Shown: positions 44,568 to 53,102 of the stretch, piece after piece
Position numbering within the stretch: position 1 is the stretch's first letter
Layout of the letters: every line of letters starts with the position of its first letter
Origin: Candidatus Saccharimonadota bacterium
Lineage (GTDB): Bacteria; Patescibacteriota; Saccharimonadia; Saccharimonadales; UBA4665
Assembly: GCA_018062785.1 (NCBI GenBank)
Contig: JAGORO010000003.1
Coordinates: 23,801 to 87,800, forward strand
Length of the DNA: 64,000 bases
Reading direction: 5' to 3'
Position numbers and translations under genes: made by a program
The notes under the pieces: generated by a model
Told to the model about the DNA's origin: nothing
The model's database searches: none
The model's input: only the letters and a program-made list of their open reading frames with translations

Positions 44568-46346
44568 ATGAACACCACCGATAGTCGAGAGGCGAACCCA
44601 ATTCAAAGAACGCGAGTGTGGTTTTACTTACTGCTTACCGTTTTTGCGGTATTTGTATTCCGCCTATTTTACCTACAGGTTATCCGCCACGACTACTACA
44701 CAACGATGGCAGCCAGTGATCAGTTGCGGGAGTATAATGTGCTGCCCGAGCGGGGCACGATTTATGTGCAGTCGGGCGGTAGCCAAATACCGCTCGTCTT
44801 GAACCAGCGGATGTATACAATAAGCGCAGACCCTACAGTTATTAAGAAGAAACTGGAGACGGCAAAGCTGTTGACTCCGGTCATTGGTCAGTCGGAGCAG
44901 GAGATCGTTGAGAAGTTAAAAACCAAAAATACCCGCTACGTCGTGCTCAAGAAAAAACTTGACGAGAAGAGCGCCAAGAAACTTTTGGAGTTAAAAGTAG
45001 GTGGCATTGTTGCGACCAAGGTAAATTATCGGATATACCCCCAAGGTAGTCTTGCTTCACAAGTTCTCGGATTTGTAGACGAAGATGGCAACGGCAAGTA
45101 CGGCATTGAAGAGGGTTTGAATAAGGTCGTAGGTGGTAAGATGGGTAAACTCAAGGCGGTTACGGACGTCAATGGTGTGCCGCTCGCCGCCAATAACGAG
45201 AACTTTTTGATCAACCCAGAGAACGGCAAGGATCTGCTTTTGACAATTAATATGGGCATGCAGGCTCAGCTAGAGCAGATAGCAAAGCGTGCCCAAGAAA
45301 AGTTTAACTCCAAACATGTTAGTGCTATCGTTATGGAAACAAAATCGGGTAAAATTCGTGCCATGGCAAACTATCCGACCTTTGATCCTGGAAAATACAC
45401 CGAGGTTCAAGACGCGAATCTATTTCAAAACTATGCCGCGACGCAGCAAATTGAACCTGGTTCCATCACTAAAGTTTTGAGCGCTGCTGCTGCGCTCGAT
45501 AGCGGTGCGGTGACTATGAACTCGAGCTTCTATGATCCAGGTAAATGGGTCATTGACGAGGCGACTGTGACTGATGTCGACAAGGAGCATAATGTCGGTA
45601 CCCAGACCGTTAAGTCGACGCTCGACTATTCACTTAATACTGGAGCGACGTGGTTTTTGATGCAAATGGGCGGAGGCAGGTTGAATGAGGTGGGGCGTTC
45701 GAAGCTCTACGACTACTACACCAATAAGTTTAATCTTGGCTCTGCAACGGGAATAGAACAGGGCTACGAGGCAGAGGGTTATTTGGTGGGCCCAAAGGAT
45801 ACCGGCTCTGGTATCGATCTTACCTACGCAAACATGGCATTCGGACAGGCCTATAGTGCCAGTGCCGTACAAATGGTCGGTGCATTTAACTCAATTATTA
45901 ACGGTGGAACGTACTACCGGCCACAGCTGGTCGAGAAGATTGGTAGCGGCTCCGATGAACGCACGGTACCATCAAAAGCTGTTCGGACGGGCGTAGTAAG
46001 CCAACAGGTAGGGAAGGACATTGCGACAACCTTGAGCCAAATCCGTGAACGACGCGCAAATAGTGGTTTTCCAGATTTAAAGTTTGACGCCAAGTACTTC
46101 GTGGGCGGTAAGTCCGGTACGGCCCAGATTGCTAAAAAAGAAGGTGGATATCGGGAGGATCGATTCAATGGAACATACCTCGGTTTTGTCGGTGGTGATA
46201 GCCCAGAGTACTCAATAATTGTCTACAACATCGAACCGGCAGTTGCGACAACGAGCTATGCAGGTACGGTCGCAGGCCAGACGGTGTGGGCAGAAATTGC
46301 GCATATGCTCGTAAATAATTATGGCGTAACACCGAGAAAAGTGTAG
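44568..46346 (+). CDS. ftsI: Class B penicillin-binding protein (FtsI/PBP2-type transpeptidase)
   Basis: TM anchor, PBP dimer domain, and transpeptidase motifs SITK (EPGSITKV), SLN (YSLNTG), KSGT (GGKSGTAQ). Confidence 0.88.
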   Translation: MNTTDSREANPIQRTRVWFYLLLTVFAVFVFRLFYLQVIRHDYYTTMAASDQLREYNVLPERGTIYVQSGGSQIPLVLNQRMYTISADPTVIKKKLETAKLLTPVIGQSEQEIVEKLKTKNTRYVVLKKKLDEKSAKKLLELKVGGIVATKVNYRIYPQGSLASQVLGFVDEDGNGKYGIEEGLNKVVGGKMGKLKAVTDVNGVPLAANNENFLINPENGKDLLLTINMGMQAQLEQIAKRAQEKFNSKHVSAIVMETKSGKIRAMANYPTFDPGKYTEVQDANLFQNYAATQQIEPGSITKVLSAAAALDSGAVTMNSSFYDPGKWVIDEATVTDVDKEHNVGTQTVKSTLDYSLNTGATWFLMQMGGGRLNEVGRSKLYDYYTNKFNLGSATGIEQGYEAEGYLVGPKDTGSGIDLTYANMAFGQAYSASAVQMVGAFNSIINGGTYYRPQLVEKIGSGSDERTVPSKAVRTGVVSQQVGKDIATTLSQIRERRANSGFPDLKFDAKYFVGGKSGTAQIAKKEGGYREDRFNGTYLGFVGGDSPEYSIIVYNIEPAVATTSYAGTVAGQTVWAEIAHMLVNNYGVTPRKV

Positions 46347-46398
46347 ACGATAAAGGTGTATAATATTGCGTAAGGTAATCTAAAGAAAAGATCTAACA

Positions 46399-47445
46399 AT
46401 GTTTGAACCAGATATTCTCCTGACACATGATGCGTTGCTAAAAATTGTTCTCTTGGGCGTAGGGGGTTTTCTGCTGTCGATGGCCCTGACGCCTCTCTAC
46501 ACGACCATTGCGTATAAATGGCAGCTTTGGAAGAAACCTAGGACGACCACCCTAACCGGCGAGCAGGCTTCGATGTTTACGAAACTGCACGCTGCCAAGC
46601 ATAAGCGACATATACCGACAATGGCAGGGGTTATCTTTATCCTATCAGTGGGGATTTTGACTTTCTGCTTTAACCTCTCACGGTCTCAGACATGGCTGCC
46701 GCTAGCAGCATTTATGGGCGCTGCAGTTGTTGGCTTGATCGATGATATTATCAACATCCGCGGTACTGGTTCGGGAAAGGCCGGATTGCCGTCGAGGCTA
46801 AAGATGCTCCTGATTACACTGGTGGCACTGGTGGGCGGGTGGTTCTTTTATGCAAAACTAGATGTCACGAGCATCCAACTTCCGGGCTTCACCGAAGGGC
46901 AATTGATGCTCGGTTGGTTGATTGTGCCGCTATTCGTGCTGGTTGTCGTTGCAACGGCAAACGCTGTAAATATTAGCGATGGTCTCGATGGTCTCGCTGG
47001 TGGACTAACGGCCACCGCCTTTGCGACCTATGCTATTATTGCGGCGCTTGAGAGTCGATTTGGTGTGGCAGGTTTTTGCCTTACAGTTGTCGGTGCACTC
47101 CTAAGCTACACATGGTTCAACGTATACCCAGCTAGGTTTTTTATGGGTGATGTTGGATCATTTGCACTTGGCACGGCACTCGGTGTCGTAGCTATGATCA
47201 CGGATACGGTGCTACTACTGCCGCTTATAGGCGCAGTGTTTGTTGCCGAAGCCGGCTCTGTTATTTTGCAAATTGCATCAAAGAAGTTACGGAATGGGAA
47301 AAAGCTATTTCTCATTTCGCCAATTCATCATCATTTTGAGGCAATGGGGTGGCCTGAAACGAAAGTTACGATGCGTTTTTGGGTGATTGGACAAGTATGT
47401 GCGCTGACGGGTTTGGCGATATTTATCATAGGTAATTACGTGTGA
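46399..47445 (+). CDS. mraY: Phospho-N-acetylmuramoyl-pentapeptide transferase
   Basis: NAVNISDGLDGLAGG, FMGDVGSFALG, PIHHHFE. Confidence 0.93.
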   Translation: MFEPDILLTHDALLKIVLLGVGGFLLSMALTPLYTTIAYKWQLWKKPRTTTLTGEQASMFTKLHAAKHKRHIPTMAGVIFILSVGILTFCFNLSRSQTWLPLAAFMGAAVVGLIDDIINIRGTGSGKAGLPSRLKMLLITLVALVGGWFFYAKLDVTSIQLPGFTEGQLMLGWLIVPLFVLVVVATANAVNISDGLDGLAGGLTATAFATYAIIAALESRFGVAGFCLTVVGALLSYTWFNVYPARFFMGDVGSFALGTALGVVAMITDTVLLLPLIGAVFVAEAGSVILQIASKKLRNGKKLFLISPIHHHFEAMGWPETKVTMRFWVIGQVCALTGLAIFIIGNYV

Positions 47446-48707
47446 GCAGACGAAGTTTACAAGTGAGTGGGGCGGGACTGAGAAGCACCGCTACACAGCT
47501 CCGAAGTCACCGGCCAGATTACTGGATTATAATTCTCTCACTTCTACTTGTTAGTCTCGGCTTGATTGTGGTGTACTCTATTGGTCCCGCGCTTTCGGCG
47601 ACGCATGGGGGTGGCGCACGCTACGTTGGGCGCCAGATAATTGCCATTTTGCTTGCCGCCGTTGCTTTTGTGGTTACTGCGCGCGTACCGCTTGCTCAGT
47701 GGAGGAATTGGCAGCTTCCACTTCTTGCTGTTGCTGCAACCGGAACGGTGATTGCGCTTATTATTCCGGTAAACCCAGACTATCCTGCCCATAGGTGGAT
47801 TCGTATCGGTGGCTTTTCTCTGCAATCAGTAGAAATACTTAAATTTGCGCTCCTAATTTGGTTTAGCGGGTTTTTGGCCGCCGCGCAAGCAAATGGGTAC
47901 ATCGCAAATTTCCACAAAGTCCTGAAGCCGATTTTATACATTCTGCTCGTGATTGGCTTTGTTGTCGCCGGTGTACAGAGTGACTTGGGGTCTACAGGAG
48001 TTATCGTGGCCATGATCGGTGCGATGGCTTTTGTGGCTGGTATGCCGATGAAAAAAGTTATGCTGGCTGGCGTCGTGGTGGTACTCGTCGCTGCTGTAGC
48101 GGTAAGCTCTACTCCGTACCGACGCGAGCGACTGGCAACGTACTTGCATCCGGAAAAAAATTGTCTTACAACAAGTTACCAAGCCTGCCAAGCACTCATT
48201 GCGGTTGGCTCAGGAGGTGCTTTGGGTCAAGGGGTTGGCAAAGGCGTTCAGGCATATGGCTATCTGCCCGAGGCTCAAAACGATTCGATTTTTGCAATAT
48301 ACGCAGAGAAATTTGGTTTTATTGGCTCGGTTGCTCTACTAGGTTTATACATGCTGCTTTTTGTCCGCCTGAGACGTATAATTGAGAGAGCGCCAGACGC
48401 GTTCAGCCGGATGCTAGTTGCAGGAGTATTGGCATGGTTGAGTACCCAGGCATTTATTAACATTGGTGCCATGATAGGCCTGTTGCCCCTGAAGGGTATT
48501 ACTCTGCCACTCGTGAGCTACGGTGGTACGAGTGTGCTGGTGGTTGGAGCAATACTCGGTCTTGTATATCAAGTATCGCATTACACGACATTTAGTGCGA
48601 GGTTTGTACCGAATAGCAAAGTAAGGGAATCAGATGAAAATAGTCATGACAGGCGGCGGGTCAGGGGGGCATATCACTCCAATCCTAGCGGTCGCAAAGG
48701 AAATTAA
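47442..48707 (+). CDS. ftsW: SEDS-family peptidoglycan glycosyltransferase FtsW
   Basis: 10-TM SEDS profile with SVEILKF, PEAQNDSIFA, GITLPLVSYGGTS. The C-terminal tail overlaps murG by 74 nt. Confidence 0.88.
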   Translation: MSRRSLQVSGAGLRSTATQLRSHRPDYWIIILSLLLVSLGLIVVYSIGPALSATHGGGARYVGRQIIAILLAAVAFVVTARVPLAQWRNWQLPLLAVAATGTVIALIIPVNPDYPAHRWIRIGGFSLQSVEILKFALLIWFSGFLAAAQANGYIANFHKVLKPILYILLVIGFVVAGVQSDLGSTGVIVAMIGAMAFVAGMPMKKVMLAGVVVVLVAAVAVSSTPYRRERLATYLHPEKNCLTTSYQACQALIAVGSGGALGQGVGKGVQAYGYLPEAQNDSIFAIYAEKFGFIGSVALLGLYMLLFVRLRRIIERAPDAFSRMLVAGVLAWLSTQAFINIGAMIGLLPLKGITLPLVSYGGTSVLVVGAILGLVYQVSHYTTFSARFVPNSKVRESDENSHDRRRVRGAYHSNPSGRKGN

Positions 48708-49815
48708 GCAGCAACAGTCTGATGCCTGGATCGGGTACATTGGTCAGCGTGGCGATGTGTTTGGGGAAGTCGTGGCCGAAAGCAACATTATAGACAGTAC
48801 ATATACGGTGCAGGCTGGCAAGTTCCGGCGGTATCATGGCCTAGGCATCGGACAGTTCTTTGATGTCAAAACCACTTGGCTAAACCTCAGAGATGCCTTT
48901 CGAACGGTTGCTGGTATTGCTCAGGCCATTATCTTGCTGCATCGCCTAAAGCCCGATGTGGTATTTTGCAAAGGCGGCTTTGTGGGCGTACCAGTAGGTC
49001 TAGCTGCCGCGTTTCTAAGGGTGCCGTATGTTACGCATGATTCCGATGCCATCCCCGGTTTGGCGAACAGGATTATCGCTCGGTGGGCTACCATGCACGC
49101 CGTAGCGTTGGAGGCTGCGCTCTATTCATACGACCAAAAGAAGACCGTCTCAACAGGCGTTCCTGTTCATGATGACTACTCGCAAGCCTCTCAGCGGCCT
49201 CAGAAATCTGTTCGCACCCAGCTTGGTATCGAAGACTACGGAAAGGTTCTTCTGATTACTGGTGGCGGTCTCGGAGCGGCTCGCTTAAACACTGCTGTCT
49301 TGCGACATGTTGGCGAGCTGCTGGAAAGATTTCCTGACCTATGTATTATCCACAATACCGGTCAGCTCCAAGAATCAGAAATTAGCGCTGCATATACGAA
49401 ATGCCTAACCAAGATGCAGCGTAGACAGGTGATTGTTCGGGGGTTTGTGACAAACCTGCATGAATACATGGCTGCAGCAGATGTCGTGGTGGCGCGTGGC
49501 GGCGCTACTAGTTTTGCCGAACTGGCCTTGCAGGAAAAGCCATGTATTATCGTACCAAATCCACTACTCACAGGTGGTCATCAGCTCAAAAACGCGCTGG
49601 CTTACGAGAAGAAGAATGCCATTGTCTGCGTGCAGGAGGCCGATATTCTAACCGATAGCACCGTACTTCTTGATGCAGTCACGACGCTACTCGGCGATGA
49701 CAAAAAGCGGGCGAAGCTAGCAGGGTCTATTCGTACGTTCGCAAAACCAAACGCCACGCGTGACCTTGCAAACATCCTACTAAAGGTTGCTACTTCTGGA
49801 AGTGAGGAGCGCTAG
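48634..49815 (+). CDS. murG: UDP-N-acetylglucosamine--N-acetylmuramyl-(pentapeptide) pyrophosphoryl-undecaprenol N-acetylglucosamine transferase
   Basis: MKIVMTGGGSGGHITP, ARGGATSFAELA, QLKNA. Confidence 0.9.
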   Translation: MKIVMTGGGSGGHITPILAVAKEIKQQQSDAWIGYIGQRGDVFGEVVAESNIIDSTYTVQAGKFRRYHGLGIGQFFDVKTTWLNLRDAFRTVAGIAQAIILLHRLKPDVVFCKGGFVGVPVGLAAAFLRVPYVTHDSDAIPGLANRIIARWATMHAVALEAALYSYDQKKTVSTGVPVHDDYSQASQRPQKSVRTQLGIEDYGKVLLITGGGLGAARLNTAVLRHVGELLERFPDLCIIHNTGQLQESEISAAYTKCLTKMQRRQVIVRGFVTNLHEYMAAADVVVARGGATSFAELALQEKPCIIVPNPLLTGGHQLKNALAYEKKNAIVCVQEADILTDSTVLLDAVTTLLGDDKKRAKLAGSIRTFAKPNATRDLANILLKVATSGSEER

Positions 49816-49818
49816 GGT

Positions 49819-50760
49819 ATGAGTCGAGGTGGGTTTTTGGGACGACGTCGCGAAGCAAAGAACGCTGCCACTAGGGCTACAATCGCGAGAGAAGTCCGAC
49901 GACAAGGCATGGCGCAACCTACTTTTTCGTACTATGCAAATCGTATGCCATCTGATACGAGTAGGCTCCGCTTGGAGCAGACGATTGCCGCTTCTGAGTT
50001 GGCGTCCAAAAATACAAGCTCGCCCAATCGTCTCTCTCAGTTCATGTCATGGGTCGGTGTGATGGTCTTTGGTGTGGTAGTCATTAAGGTACTATCTCTC
50101 GGTACAGAGAGTAGGATAATCGTTTCCGACAAAACTAACCAGCAGAGTATTTCGGCCAGTGCGGTCGGTGCATACGCAGCGTATGCCAATACGCTACTCA
50201 AAGAGAGCATGCTCAATCGAACTAAGGTAACAATTAATACGGGCGGTATCGAGAGGGCTATGCAACAAAAATTTCCAGAACTTGAGAGTGTGGTTGTTAC
50301 GGTGCCTCTTTTGGGTGGGCGACCGATCGTATACGTCCTGCCCACGCCAGCACTCGTGAGCATTGAAACCACTAAGGGTACATTTAGCTTAGGGAGTAAT
50401 GGGCGTGTAATTGCGAAGATTCCAGAAGGGGCTAATAAAGGGTTGGTTATTCGTGACCTTTCGGGCGTGCCACCAGAGGTGGGTAAAGACCTCCTGCCCT
50501 CATCCACTATGCGATTTATACAGATGCTAGAATATCAATTTTCGAAGGCTAACATGCCCATCCAAGCATTAACCTTGCCTAACGCCTCCTTATTCGAGCT
50601 CGACGCGGTGGTTGCGGGGAAGGGCGGTACAGTCAAGTTCAATCTAGAGGAAGACCCAAAACAGCAGAGCGGGGCGGCTTTGGCCGTCATACGCAGGCTA
50701 AACACAACTCCTTGGCAATACATCGATGTTCGTGTGCCCGAAAGGGTATATTACAAGTAG
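49819..50760 (+). CDS. ftsQ: FtsQ/DivIB-like division protein
   Basis: Position after murG. Basic cytoplasmic tail, single TM (WVGVMVFGVVVIKVL), POTRA-like extracytoplasmic domain. Confidence 0.6.
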   Translation: MSRGGFLGRRREAKNAATRATIAREVRRQGMAQPTFSYYANRMPSDTSRLRLEQTIAASELASKNTSSPNRLSQFMSWVGVMVFGVVVIKVLSLGTESRIIVSDKTNQQSISASAVGAYAAYANTLLKESMLNRTKVTINTGGIERAMQQKFPELESVVVTVPLLGGRPIVYVLPTPALVSIETTKGTFSLGSNGRVIAKIPEGANKGLVIRDLSGVPPEVGKDLLPSSTMRFIQMLEYQFSKANMPIQALTLPNASLFELDAVVAGKGGTVKFNLEEDPKQQSGAALAVIRRLNTTPWQYIDVRVPERVYYK

Positions 50761-51524
50761 TCGGCCTCTTCTTACGCTACCCTCTTAATGTTCGTAAAAT
50801 GTTCGTATTCGTTAATGAAATGAATAACTCTAGAAATATATATAAATAAACGTAAAAGGGTACATGTCAAATATTTTAATATATGAGCAGGAAAGGAGAG
50901 GGGTGGGCAAAAAAATATACGAGGGTGTCAAACATGAAAAAAAGCAAACTTTTCACAAGGACGCTGTGGAAAACTCATAAAAACTATACAATACTAGCGT
51001 ATTAACAAAAAAGCAAACACTATGCCACTAAACCGCTAGACCAATACGGAAGCCGTCCGTAACAGATATAAGATACAGCTTACATCATGTTACGAACGTA
51101 CGACTAACAACGAAAAGTAAAGCCAGTAGCCGATTAGTCCCCTGTAGCGAGGGGTATCCATACTACCCACTACTTGATTAATTAATGTCGTAAAATATAC
51201 ATTGTGCGACATTGTGTTTGTATTTCGGTTTGCTCCACTGCTCCATGTTTTGCTCGTGTATTTTTGATGCTACCAACATACCTTACTATTATTTGTTACT
51301 GTTCTGCACTTTTATATCATGTGACGGGTGTTTGCCGCACTTTGGCTGGCCTGCTACGCATGATAGATTTTGTTCGCATTTTGATCATTTTTGCTTAGCT
51401 AGATTTCTCCTCTGTTAGACAGGGGTGTGACCAGAAAAAACATGGGTGATATATCTGAATTATGTGACACATCACTAATGTTCGGTATTTGTACGAAACT
51501 TCGAACTTGATTCGGATCTGAAAT

Positions 51525-51542
51525 GGAGGGGCGTGCCCCTCC
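51525..51542 (-). terminator. GC-rich hairpin (GGAGGGGC-GCCCCTCC) 7 nt downstream of the sigma-r4 gene stop
   Basis: Read directly. The U-tract on the minus strand is weak (ATTT). Confidence 0.5.
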
Positions 51543-51548
51543 TCTAAT

Positions 51549-52571
51549 TTACTCGCTTAGCTCGTACGTGGCTTTGGCGACGCGCTTAAACTGTGGTTTG
51601 CTTTGTAGATTTAGCAAAATAGTCGTTTCTTTAACAAAACGGCTCTTGAGCACGCGTTTGACGATTTCGTCACGGTGAAGCGGCTCATTAGCGTCCTTTA
51701 GTACATCGGCGATGATATCGGCGACAGTGCCCTTACTGTACCCCCACTCCTTGAGAGCGTAGATGCCACGGCCGATAAGCACGAATCGTTTGTCTTTGAT
51801 GAGCTCGTTGTGTATCGCTTGGGTGGTGACGTCTTTGCGCTTAAAATCGCTTGCTTTGATCGATTCTGCAATTTCGTTGAAGTGCATGTGCTTGCCATTT
51901 TCGCTGAGGATAACGTAGATTTTGTCGCGAATATTCTTCGGGTTGACGGTAGGCCACTTAACAAGACCCCATCGGCCATTTAGGGTGGCTAGCTTCTTCG
52001 AGATACCAGCCAGTGCGGTGGCGTACTGCTGGTCATCCATGGAGGCTAGCTTGGCAAGATCTTTGGCCCCGACCGGCTCCCCTGCCTTTTTAATCGCCTG
52101 TATGATGTCTTCGACTTCCTTTTTCACTCCAGCAATATCTCGGTCTATGGCGGCTGCTTGGAAGTAGCTATCATCTTCGTTTATCGCTGTAATATTGGGG
52201 CAAAGTTCGGTCAAGAATGCAATACGAGATTGATCGGTTCGAGTATTTTCGGCCGTAAGCGCGGCGGATATGGCCGTAATACGTGCGGTCTTTCCTGTTT
52301 CGGTAAGGGTTGCTGCGAATAACTCCTCAACCCTAGCTATGCCAGGCAGTTCATTGCCGCTCTGGCGCAGCTTGGTAATGACGGCCTTCTCTAGCTGGCG
52401 CACGCGTTCTCGCGTGATACCTAGGAGCTCTCCTACCTGTTCAAGCGTTTCTCTGCGATCAAAAAGACCAAATCGACGAGCGATAATTTCTCGCTCGCGT
52501 TCTCGATCGATGCTATTGAGTATGTCCTGTACGACCGCTTCGGTATTGATTACTTCTCGTTCTACACTCAT
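51549..52571 (-). CDS. Sigma-70 region-4 domain protein with C-terminal HARE-HTH/delta-like domain
   Basis: N-terminal REIIARRFGLFDRRETLEQVGELLGITRERVRQLEKAVITKL (region 4.2 HTH). C-terminal IYVILSENGKHMHFNEIAESI...FVLIGRGIYALKEWGY. Confidence 0.75.
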   Translation of the reverse strand: MSVEREVINTEAVVQDILNSIDREREREIIARRFGLFDRRETLEQVGELLGITRERVRQLEKAVITKLRQSGNELPGIARVEELFAATLTETGKTARITAISAALTAENTRTDQSRIAFLTELCPNITAINEDDSYFQAAAIDRDIAGVKKEVEDIIQAIKKAGEPVGAKDLAKLASMDDQQYATALAGISKKLATLNGRWGLVKWPTVNPKNIRDKIYVILSENGKHMHFNEIAESIKASDFKRKDVTTQAIHNELIKDKRFVLIGRGIYALKEWGYSKGTVADIIADVLKDANEPLHRDEIVKRVLKSRFVKETTILLNLQSKPQFKRVAKATYELSE

Positions 52572-52727
52572 GCTATTCCTTAATTATACAACTTTTGTGA
52601 TTTATATGCAAGGACTATATGTAATAAGAATATTGTAGCACATAAATCGACATACTCTGACATATCATGTTGTAAAAATGTAGTTATCTCAGGTTTTGCC
52701 GTAGGGCAAAAAGATTATGCTAGCATC

Positions 52728-53045
52728 TCAGAACTCGCGTGCTTCGACAAGGCACGTAAAGGCTTGCTCGAGCGCTGCTCGCCGTACATAGCAGTCTATG
52801 GCACTTTTACCAGTCGGCACGGAGTCCAAACGCATGATGGCGTTGAGATCAGTTGGGGTGAGTCCTGATTGTGCGGGATTTAGCGCAAAGTCGTCGGCAA
52901 ATTCGTTGAAAAGATGTGGGTGTGCCACCATTAGCGAAACCTCACTACGGAGGAGTCGATTGCCAATAATACTCGCGAAATGCCGTGTTTCTTGAGGGTA
53001 ACGTTCGGTAAATGCTTCAATTCGTGGGTCCATGTTGTGTACCAT
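52728..53045 (-). CDS. Hypothetical 105-aa protein
   Basis: ORF with TATAAA 7 nt upstream of its ATG. No recognised motif. Confidence 0.45.
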   Translation of the reverse strand: MVHNMDPRIEAFTERYPQETRHFASIIGNRLLRSEVSLMVAHPHLFNEFADDFALNPAQSGLTPTDLNAIMRLDSVPTGKSAIDCYVRRAALEQAFTCLVEAREF

Positions 53046-53102
53046 ATATAATTTTATATACTATAGTAGCACAAAAAACAATAATCTAGCAAAAATTCAA
53101 CG

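Noticed and set aside
51204-51418. Two overlapping Cys/Phe/Leu-rich ORFs (64 and 68 aa) in the gap.
   Set aside because: Their composition simply mirrors the T-rich strand. There is no SD or promoter, they have GTG/ATG starts in overlapping frames, and the sequences are implausible. They are most likely non-coding.
50761-51548. Checked the large AT-rich gap for oriC (DnaA boxes) or a dif/Xer site.
   Set aside because: Only one relaxed DnaA-box match (TGTGGAAAA, near 50965) is present, and no dnaA or dnaN is nearby. The CTAGAAATATATATAAATAAACG stretch (near 50830) superficially resembles B. subtilis dif but lacks the conserved TTATGT(T/A)AA XerD arm.
52694-52711. Hairpin TTTTGCC-GTAG-GGCAAAA downstream of the 52728 ORF, considered as a terminator.
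   Set aside because: The stem is only 3 G-C pairs plus A-U pairs, and the U-tract is part of the stem rather than trailing it. The evidence is too weak for a terminator call.
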